From contig DATEHX010000260.1 of assembly GCA_035279345.1 (NCBI GenBank), forward strand, positions 5,606-69,605: a stretch of 64,000 nt of DNA, written 5' to 3'. The DNA is from Pyrinomonadaceae bacterium. Lineage in GTDB: Bacteria; Acidobacteriota; Blastocatellia; Pyrinomonadales; Pyrinomonadaceae. The notes beneath the pieces were generated by a model. It ran no database searches. It saw nothing but the letters and a program-made list of their open reading frames with translations, and was not told where the DNA came from. Position 1 is the stretch's first letter, and the number at the start of each line of letters is the position of its first letter. This document shows, in pieces, positions 1 through 7,092 of this stretch. The translations under genes and the position numbers were made by a program.

Positions 1-566
1 ACGCGTTGCGCTTCTTCCTGGGAATCGAAGCGCAAATTGAGGAGCCGATTTTGTATGCCTCGTGGTGGGCGCTTCCCGCTGACTCGGACGGCGAAAACCA
101 GGCCTTCGACAACGCAATGCTCGGGTTCACCACCACGCTCGCGCCGGAAGAGGCGCAAGGTGCTGTCGTGGGAACGACCGCGACCTACGATGAGTCGAGC
201 TTGATTTCGATTGATGAATTTGGCGCGCCGCTGTTCGCAAACGTAGCGCACCGTTTCGTAGTCAGGGTTCATCGTGCGCAGGCCGGCGGTCCCGAACGCC
301 AGCAGGAACTGCAAAGAATCATAGACCGTGAAAAACCAGCGCACACGGTTTCTCATTTGTGTCTGGTCCAACCGGGTGTGCGTATCGGTCTGCAAGCAAG
401 GTTAGGAATTGACAGTGTGTTGAGTGGCGAGTTGCCGCTCGGACGACTAGGCGGTTCTTCCCTCGGCGAAGGTTTTCTGCTCGGTGGTAATCAGGCCGGA
501 CAACTCGGCGAACGAAGCCGGGTAGGCCAGACCACGCATTTGGGCGACGGCCGGGGCAACCGTTGA
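1..566 (+). CDS. 3' end of a phage-tail-like / eCIS baseplate protein (gpI/Afp12-like), 5'-truncated by the window edge
   Basis: The ORF is open to the window edge (frame of 6..566). The C-terminal block AHRFVVRVH...REKPAHTVSHLCLVQPGVRIGLQARLGIDSVL matches my recollection of the conserved C-terminus of the phage tail protein family in eCIS/PVC/Afp-type baseplate gene sets. Downstream genes (DUF4157 proteins) fit an eCIS 3' region. Not searched. Confidence 0.5.
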   Translation, partial: ALRFFLGIEAQIEEPILYASWWALPADSDGENQAFDNAMLGFTTTLAPEEAQGAVVGTTATYDESSLISIDEFGAPLFANVAHRFVVRVHRAQAGGPERQQELQRIIDREKPAHTVSHLCLVQPGVRIGLQARLGIDSVLSGELPLGRLGGSSLGEGFLLGGNQAGQLGERSRVGQTTHLGDGRGNR

Positions 567-592
567 GAGTTTTGAATTGAAGGAGGAGCCAC

Positions 593-1426
593 ATGGCAAC
601 CGAAAGCCAATTAATGAAGAAAACCGATCTGCAAACGGCGGTTCGCAATCGTTATTTTTACGGCAAGCTGCTCGACGTTTATCACTTTGAACTCGAGACT
701 AATTATTTAAATGACAAACGCTGGCTGCTGAACCGGCTCGTGTTCGGTTACGGCGTGGTGTGTGGCCTCGACGTGAAATGTGGCCCGGAAGAAAACACCG
801 TCATCATTACGCCCGGTGTGGCCATTGATGGGTGGGGTCGCGAGATCATCGTTCCTAAAGAAACGGGTCCCATCACTATCCCTGCTGACCTGTTGCCGCA
901 GCCAGCGGAAGAAGGCGAAGGCAAACAGGCGAACGAGGACGGAGACGAAGACAAGGAAGGCGAAGAAGCGAAACGTTATCGGGAGGGCGAAGGTTACAAA
1001 AAAGACGAAACGTGGATCAAGGTAAAGCTTTGCTACCACGAGTGCGAAAGCGATCCGGTGCCGGTGTTGGCCGGCGATTGTGGCGGTACTGAAGTGTGTA
1101 CCGCCGGCACGATTCGCGAACAGTATCGCGTGACGTTCGCCGAAGGGCGCACGAAACAAAACTACACCAGTTGCTCCATTGAGGACCTGATACCGCGCGA
1201 TCGTCTCGACTATGCCGCCATGGTGCGTTGGGTAACTGACGAATGTCCGGAATTGCCGCGCAATCCCTGCATCACGCTCGCTAACGTTCGTGTTGACGAT
1301 AGCGGTCACCAGTGCAACGAGGACAACGTCGATATCAACGTGCGCCCGATCGTTTACTCAAACGATCTGCTCTACAACCTGATTCTCTCTGTGATTACTG
1401 AACAGCACGACCGTCGCGAGAAATGA
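593..1426 (+). CDS. Conserved hypothetical protein, paralog A of an eCIS-associated pair (possible fibre/receptor-binding component)
   Basis: Strong SD (GAAGGAGG) sits 6 nt upstream of the ATG. The N-terminal motif RNRYFYGKLLDVYHFELETNYLNDKRWLLNRLVFGYGVVCGLDV is shared with the next ORF. It carries an acidic Glu/Asp/Lys-rich insert and a Cys-containing core. Confidence 0.75.
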   Translation: MATESQLMKKTDLQTAVRNRYFYGKLLDVYHFELETNYLNDKRWLLNRLVFGYGVVCGLDVKCGPEENTVIITPGVAIDGWGREIIVPKETGPITIPADLLPQPAEEGEGKQANEDGDEDKEGEEAKRYREGEGYKKDETWIKVKLCYHECESDPVPVLAGDCGGTEVCTAGTIREQYRVTFAEGRTKQNYTSCSIEDLIPRDRLDYAAMVRWVTDECPELPRNPCITLANVRVDDSGHQCNEDNVDINVRPIVYSNDLLYNLILSVITEQHDRREK

Positions 1427-1442
1427 TCGAATTGAGAGGTGA

Positions 1443-2576
1443 GTGATGAAAAAGATGGCTTCGACACAACAGCATTTCTGCGAGACCGGCTTTCTCGAAC
1501 GTCCGCGTTACTTCGCCAGGCAGTTGCTGACGCCGGCGGAAATGACCCTGGAACAGACGTACTTCCGCGACAAACTCCGTCGTCATAATCGATTGCTGCA
1601 CGGATGGGGAGTCGTTTGCGGCGCGATCGTCTGTATCGTTCCGCGGGCCGACGGAAGTGGTCCGGAACCCTGGAAGGTTAAAGTGACGCCGGGCTATGCA
1701 CTTGGTCCATTCGGCGACGAGATCGTGATCGACAAACCACGCGTGGTGGACCTGCGCTCACCCGCGACGACCTGTGCAACGGGCGAGAGCCAGGTTGACG
1801 AGATCGATCCGTGGTGCAGCCAGGTTTGGATCGATCGCAAAGAAGGACCACTCTACATCGCGGTGAAGTACAAGGAAGTGATTTGCCGCCCGGTTCGAGT
1901 CCAGCCGAACGGATGTGGTTGCGATGATTCGCAATGTGAATACTCGCGCATTCGTGACGGCTACGAGTTTGGTGTTTTGGATGAGTGTCCGGATCCCGAT
2001 CCTGTCCCACCGAAGATCGAAGATCTGATCAAAGGTCCAAATCCGACATGTACTGAGTGCGGCGACAATCCTTGGCTTGTTCTTGCCCAGGTGGAATTCG
2101 ATACGGACGGCTCGATCACCGCGATTAATAATTGCGAGTGCCGTCGCATCATGGTTTCAACGGCGCCTTTCTGGCGCGGATGCGAAGGCGGCGTGGTGGT
2201 GATTGACATGCCGAACGCAGTCGAGGTCACGCAGGGACAAACCGGCGTTGCTATTCCCGTTCCCGGTCAGAACATCGCTCCCAGGGCCGAAGTCACTTTT
2301 GGACCAGGTATTAAGATCAAATCGCGCACTGAACCCACGGGCACTGCGCCGCTAACGTTTACGGTTGATGTAGAGAACACGGCGACACCTGGGCCACGTA
2401 CGTTGACGATTGTTAATCCGGACGGCGTCTCGGGTATTCGTCGCGATGCAGTAAAAGTTCTGCCGAAGGTCGCGGCGAACACCGGAAGTTTGAGCACTGC
2501 GCCCGGAGCCGCGGCGAAAGCTGAGGCTGCAAAGAAACGCACGACGCGTAAAGAGGGAGATACACTCTCTTCGTGA
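1443..2576 (+). CDS. Conserved hypothetical protein, paralog B of the eCIS-associated pair, with a C-terminal Ig-like (IPT/PKD-like) domain
   Basis: The N-terminus RPRYFARQLLTPAEMTLEQTYFRDKLRRHNRLLHGWGVVCGAIV parallels that of 593..1426. A Cys cluster CGCDDSQCEYSRIRDGYEF is present. The C-terminal beta-rich segment (TFTVDVENTATPGPRTLTIVNPDGVS) looks Ig-like. The start is GTG at 1443 or ATG at 1446. Confidence 0.75.
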   Translation: MMKKMASTQQHFCETGFLERPRYFARQLLTPAEMTLEQTYFRDKLRRHNRLLHGWGVVCGAIVCIVPRADGSGPEPWKVKVTPGYALGPFGDEIVIDKPRVVDLRSPATTCATGESQVDEIDPWCSQVWIDRKEGPLYIAVKYKEVICRPVRVQPNGCGCDDSQCEYSRIRDGYEFGVLDECPDPDPVPPKIEDLIKGPNPTCTECGDNPWLVLAQVEFDTDGSITAINNCECRRIMVSTAPFWRGCEGGVVVIDMPNAVEVTQGQTGVAIPVPGQNIAPRAEVTFGPGIKIKSRTEPTGTAPLTFTVDVENTATPGPRTLTIVNPDGVSGIRRDAVKVLPKVAANTGSLSTAPGAAAKAEAAKKRTTRKEGDTLSS

Positions 2577-2583
2577 TTCTCTT

Positions 2584-4611
2584 ATGGCGCAACTGCGTGA
2601 CGAGCTAACTAAGACCGAAAGCCCGCTGGAGCGCAGGAACGTCGAGGAGTATCAGCCTCTGGAGACTCCCGGTTCGCATCATTCGCTGCTTCAGCTTCAG
2701 CGGCGTGCGGGTAATCGTGCGGTCGTAAGTCTATTCGAAGGGGCCTCACTCTCTTCGGCCGCGCCACGCATCCAACGCGCTCCTGCCAATGGCGCCTCTC
2801 CCGCGCCGGAAACCGCCGCTCCCACATCTTCTGGTCCATTGATCGTCGCTGACGATGCGGCCACTGTTGGACCAGCTCAGATGCGCAAGAGTGAGTTTCT
2901 CGAACAACTCCGCGGCGCTGTTTGCACCACAGCGGATCAAGTGCTGGCTGAAGTAGGTCAGAACACTGAGGGCTGTCCGTACATCGAGCAGTGGCTGTCG
3001 TATTACGCGGATCAAGAGCCGGCTCACGTAGAGAGAGCACTGCGTAAATACGCTCCGGAAGCGGCTTCCGCGACAAGCGCGCGAGACTATATTCCCGCCG
3101 TAAGCAATCGTGTGCGGCGTGGAGTCGAGACGTGGGCACGCACTGGTGAGCTCACCGATATACCACCGGAGCTGGCGGGAGTGTTGCCAACAGGCGGCGG
3201 AGCATTGGGTGCAGTCGCGGGCGTGCTGGGTGGGATAGGCAGCGCGATCGGTGGTGCGGTCTCAGCGGTCGGCAGTGCAATAGGCGGCGCCTTCTCGAGC
3301 CTTAGCAGTGCGCTTTTCAAAACTAAGGATGGCAGCGCGCCGGTAAGCAACGACCCGCAAGAGATTCAACAACAGTTGAGTGAAGGCGGGCAGCCACTCG
3401 ACAGCACGGTGAACTCGCGGATGAGCGCCGCCTTTGCTCACGACTTCTCGAATGTGCGCGTGCATTCAAACGCGCAAGCCGCGGAACTGTCTGCCGGCTT
3501 GAATGCGCGCGCCTTTACGATCGGCAGCGACATCGCTTTTGCGGGCGGAGAATACCAGCCGGGTACACTCGTCGGCGACGCCTTGATCGCGCACGAGTTG
3601 GCCCATGTGGTCCAGCAACAAACGGGCGCGGCTGCAGTCAGTTCTAAAAATGAGCAGACGTCGACCAGTGCACTTGAAGACGAAGCGGATGTGGCCGCGG
3701 TCAATGCGGTCGCATCTATCTGGGGTGGTACTCGATTGACAGGTGTCGCCGGTCACGCAATGCCGCGACTCAAGTCCGGACTCAAATTGCAGAGCTGTGG
3801 ACCAGAACCCACGCCGAAGAATCGTTACGAAGAATTCGTAGTCGAAGGCACAAAAAAGCTTCAGGATCCGCCTTTCGCATTCGGCTTGCCGTGGGAGGGT
3901 ATCAAGTGCGGAGAAGATGTAGCCGGGGAGAAGAAACCATTTGACGAGGAATTTTGGACCAGTCAGTGGGTTGATCCGAACAAGAAAAACGAGTGCATGC
4001 TGGTGAATAAGAAACCACCTTCGGCTGCAATTGAAGCTCTGTTCGATCCGGCTCGGAGAAACAAATGGCACATCGACTGCACGATTTTTACCCAACTCCC
4101 TCACCTTTATGCCCAACTCCGCACATTTGGACCACAAGAGTTTAATAAACGCCTTAGCAACCGAATCGAGCTGCGGAAGGAGTTCTCAACCGGTTTGAAG
4201 TCACGGATTTACTGGGTGGAAGGTTCACGCCGAGGTGTGTTGGCAGAAGCAATTCTCGACGAAGGCGGACATCCTGTCACCGAAATCGTTCGGGGCACCG
4301 ACGATCTCACTTCGGCCAAGGTCAAGCCAAACGCGGTCGAACGACCTGCTGACGATGTTCTCAAGGAGGTGCCGGTCGGCAGTCGCGTGACCTTCGCCAC
4401 CTATCCGATCCCAAACCTCTTCGCGGCGCTCAAGCCCGTTTTGGATAACACCGTAAAGATGGCCGACAACTATTACGCAGCGCACGACGTGCCGGCAGGT
4501 AAGGACGGCATGTACACGAAAGAAGAAATACAGGAACTGCTGGGCACAAAGTACAACCGGCCCAAACAGAATGTGCAGGTTGTGCTGGTTGAAGTCCGCG
4601 AGGTGCCCTAA
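2584..4611 (+). CDS. DUF4157 domain protein 1 (putative zinc-metallopeptidase-like eCIS effector) with a unique C-terminal domain
   Basis: It has an N-terminal LQLQRRAGNRAV motif and a Gly-zipper segment. The DUF4157 core is DFSNVRVHSNAQAAELSAGLNARAFTIGSDIAFAGGEYQPGTLVGDALIAHELAHVVQQ, with HELAH at 3592..3606. A boundary motif PRLKSGLKLQSCG is followed by a roughly 270-aa C-terminus (3799..4608) unrelated to its paralogs. Confidence 0.85.
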   Translation: MAQLRDELTKTESPLERRNVEEYQPLETPGSHHSLLQLQRRAGNRAVVSLFEGASLSSAAPRIQRAPANGASPAPETAAPTSSGPLIVADDAATVGPAQMRKSEFLEQLRGAVCTTADQVLAEVGQNTEGCPYIEQWLSYYADQEPAHVERALRKYAPEAASATSARDYIPAVSNRVRRGVETWARTGELTDIPPELAGVLPTGGGALGAVAGVLGGIGSAIGGAVSAVGSAIGGAFSSLSSALFKTKDGSAPVSNDPQEIQQQLSEGGQPLDSTVNSRMSAAFAHDFSNVRVHSNAQAAELSAGLNARAFTIGSDIAFAGGEYQPGTLVGDALIAHELAHVVQQQTGAAAVSSKNEQTSTSALEDEADVAAVNAVASIWGGTRLTGVAGHAMPRLKSGLKLQSCGPEPTPKNRYEEFVVEGTKKLQDPPFAFGLPWEGIKCGEDVAGEKKPFDEEFWTSQWVDPNKKNECMLVNKKPPSAAIEALFDPARRNKWHIDCTIFTQLPHLYAQLRTFGPQEFNKRLSNRIELRKEFSTGLKSRIYWVEGSRRGVLAEAILDEGGHPVTEIVRGTDDLTSAKVKPNAVERPADDVLKEVPVGSRVTFATYPIPNLFAALKPVLDNTVKMADNYYAAHDVPAGKDGMYTKEEIQELLGTKYNRPKQNVQVVLVEVREVP

Positions 4612-4634
4612 GCCGCGGATTCAGGGACTGTCGC

Positions 4635-6533
4635 ATGTCGAAAGAACTGGAAAAACTGGCTGAGCCCGCCGAGAGGAACGGATCGCGTCAGAGCGAACGC
4701 GAAGAAGCGCCGGGGCTACATCCGGTTCTGCAACTCCAGCGCCTGGCCGGTAACCAGGCGGTCGCGCGTCTGCTCGGGTCTGATGATGGCGACGGTCTGC
4801 CGGTACAAACGTTGACATTGAGACCGGCGTTAGGCGGCGCCGCGCAGCGGAAAGAGAAGACCGGCGCCACGTTGACGCCGACCACACCGCACGTACAGCG
4901 CGCTGAAAACAATGGTGGTCTCGATCCGGAAGCAGCGCCGGCACGCGCGCTGATCGTCAACGACGATGCCGCCACACTCGCTCCCGGGCAGATGCGCAAG
5001 AGTGAGTTTCTCGAACAACTGCGCAGCACCGTCTGCACCACCGCCGACGCCGCCCTCGCCGAAGCAGGACAAAGCACTGCCGGCTGCCCTTACATCGAAC
5101 AGTGGCTCTCGTATTACTCGGACCAGGAGCCGGCGCACATCGAGCGCGCGCTACGCAAGTACGCGCCGGAAGCAAACAGCGCGGCGACGGCCGCGGATTA
5201 CATACCAGCGGTGAATAATCGTGTGCGTGAAGCAGTGCAACGTTGGGCGCGCACTGGTGATCTCTCGGGCGTGCCGCCGGAGTTGGCGGGAATGTTGCCG
5301 GGCGGCGGCGGAGTGCTCGGCGCGCTTGCTGGAATCGGCAGTGCGATCGGTGGCGCATTCAGCGCCGTTGCCGGTGCAATCGGAGGCGCGTTCTCGAGCA
5401 TTGGACGAGCGCTCTTCAAACGAAAGGAGAACGCTGAACCAGGAGCCGGCGACGAGCAGCAGATTGAACCTCAGCTAAAAGAAGGACAGCCGCTCGATGC
5501 GAGTGCTAACACTCGCATGAGTACTGCCTTCGGCCACGACTTCTCCAATGTGCGCGTGCACACGGATTCGCATGCAGCGGGCCTGTCGAATCAACTGAAC
5601 GCACGTGCCTTCACCGTTGGCAGCGACATTGCGTTTGGCGCCGGTGAATACAAACCGGGCACGATGATCGGCGACGCGTTGCTCGCGCACGAACTGGCCC
5701 ACGTGGTCCAACAAGGCGGAGGCGCGCCACCCACGGCACAATCGAAAGGCGAAGTCTCGTCTGACGAATCTTTGGAAGAAGAGGCTGACGTTGCCGCCGT
5801 TGGCGCCGTGAGTTCGTTGTGGTTTGGAACGAAGGGGGCGATTGGCAACATCGGCAGACAGGCATCGCCGAAGTTGCGATCGGGATTGCAGTTGCAACGC
5901 TGCGGTAACAAATATCCGGAGGTGAATGTTACCAGTTTACCCGAGGGGCCAATTCGGGAAGCAGCGCTTCAACTTTCGCAAAGCGATCACGAGATCGATC
6001 GCAACACCGTGCAACAACTCGTGCAGGGCCGCGTTCATGCTTACTATTTTGAAGACCTGACACAACCGGCTAATGCTAATGCCATACTCACCGCTGCCGG
6101 TTACGATCCGGCTGTCTACGTCGTTTACCAGCACCCAACGTCAGGTGCGAACATGTTCGTGCAAAGAAACTTCCAGGGGTTCAGACCATACGCTTTTCCC
6201 AGCGATATTTTTGGTTATCGGACACTCAGCGTCGACCGCTGGAAAGAATTGCTGGTCCATGAGACGAGCCATGCCGTTAATCCTGTGCCGTCAACTCCAC
6301 TAGAGAATTTCAAGGAAGAATTTCGAGCTTATTGGGTGACAGAATATCGAGGCATTGACGACCTCGATGAACGTGCGCGACAGATTCGCGAGCACATTCT
6401 TGCAGACTACCCAATAATCAAAGCGGCCTATGATTCGGATCCAACAGTCAAGGCCGCGATTGATGCTTACAACCGGCCGGAAGGCGATATGACAAACGCC
6501 ACCGGACTAACACCGCCACCTACTACGCCTTAA
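4635..6533 (+). CDS. DUF4157 domain protein 2 with a C-terminal second HExxH (metallopeptidase-like) domain
   Basis: The architecture matches protein 1 (LQLQRLAGNQAV; HELAH at 5688..5702; boundary PKLRSGLQLQRCG). Its distinct C-terminus (5904..6530) contains LLVHETSHAV, with HETSH at 6258..6272. Confidence 0.85.
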   Translation: MSKELEKLAEPAERNGSRQSEREEAPGLHPVLQLQRLAGNQAVARLLGSDDGDGLPVQTLTLRPALGGAAQRKEKTGATLTPTTPHVQRAENNGGLDPEAAPARALIVNDDAATLAPGQMRKSEFLEQLRSTVCTTADAALAEAGQSTAGCPYIEQWLSYYSDQEPAHIERALRKYAPEANSAATAADYIPAVNNRVREAVQRWARTGDLSGVPPELAGMLPGGGGVLGALAGIGSAIGGAFSAVAGAIGGAFSSIGRALFKRKENAEPGAGDEQQIEPQLKEGQPLDASANTRMSTAFGHDFSNVRVHTDSHAAGLSNQLNARAFTVGSDIAFGAGEYKPGTMIGDALLAHELAHVVQQGGGAPPTAQSKGEVSSDESLEEEADVAAVGAVSSLWFGTKGAIGNIGRQASPKLRSGLQLQRCGNKYPEVNVTSLPEGPIREAALQLSQSDHEIDRNTVQQLVQGRVHAYYFEDLTQPANANAILTAAGYDPAVYVVYQHPTSGANMFVQRNFQGFRPYAFPSDIFGYRTLSVDRWKELLVHETSHAVNPVPSTPLENFKEEFRAYWVTEYRGIDDLDERARQIREHILADYPIIKAAYDSDPTVKAAIDAYNRPEGDMTNATGLTPPPTTP

Positions 6534-7087
6534 TGCGACTTGGTGAAGATAAACCGATGAGTGAAGTGCCGTTTAATCTCGAGCAGGCGCGAAACCGAGT
6601 AGACGAAAGAGTCGCGGCGAACCCATTGTTGGGCGAAGTGGATACTGTCCATGTTCCTGATTTGGACACCGCGGGTCTTTATGCATTTTCAGTGACGCCA
6701 CGCGCGATCGGCAGAGCGGGAGAAGTTATCTTTCTGGTTGGACCAGATGAAATGTTGACTGCCGGAACTGCCGGCGATTTCGACAGCTTGATGGCGCGCG
6801 TGGGCGTTGGTACGACGCCAAATGTATTGGAGCTGCCCGCGTTTACGCGCCGGTTTCTTCGACTGCGTGTGCTGCGCAATGGCGTCGTGCTGGAACGGCC
6901 CGATGCGCATCCGTTGATAAAACCCGGACAGTTGCCGGCCCGCCGGTTTCTGCGACCGGCCTATGACTTTGGCGCAGACGGAGCGCGTTATCGCTTTTGG
7001 ATTTTTGATACCGATAGGTTTGTGCCCGTGTTTTGGGATGTGCGGGTGGCGCCCTCTGGCGCGACGACTTTTGCGACGGAAGAATAA
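6533..7087 (+). CDS. Hypothetical protein, translationally coupled to DUF4157 protein 2 (candidate immunity/accessory protein)
   Basis: The ATG overlaps the preceding TAA by 1 nt (TAATG). It encodes 184 aa with no recognisable motifs, signal peptide or TM segment. Confidence 0.6.
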   Translation: MRLGEDKPMSEVPFNLEQARNRVDERVAANPLLGEVDTVHVPDLDTAGLYAFSVTPRAIGRAGEVIFLVGPDEMLTAGTAGDFDSLMARVGVGTTPNVLELPAFTRRFLRLRVLRNGVVLERPDAHPLIKPGQLPARRFLRPAYDFGADGARYRFWIFDTDRFVPVFWDVRVAPSGATTFATEE

Positions 7088-7092
7088 TCTCG

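Noticed and set aside
3466-4137. 223-aa minus-strand ORF, together with similar antisense ORFs (2609..3139, 5475..5897, 8440..8850, 26203..26943, 35427..36053, 37085..37711, 59505..60143, 61414..61977, 62347..62895)
   Set aside because: Each lies entirely within a longer opposite-strand gene that has clear family motifs. Their translations are compositionally biased and lack start-site signals.
7033-7092. ORF-track start of the third DUF4157 gene at 7033
   Set aside because: It would overlap the preceding gene by 55 nt and add a non-conserved MGCAGGALWRDDFCDGRIIS leader. ATG 7093 follows the upstream stop and gives an N-terminus comparable to the two paralogs.
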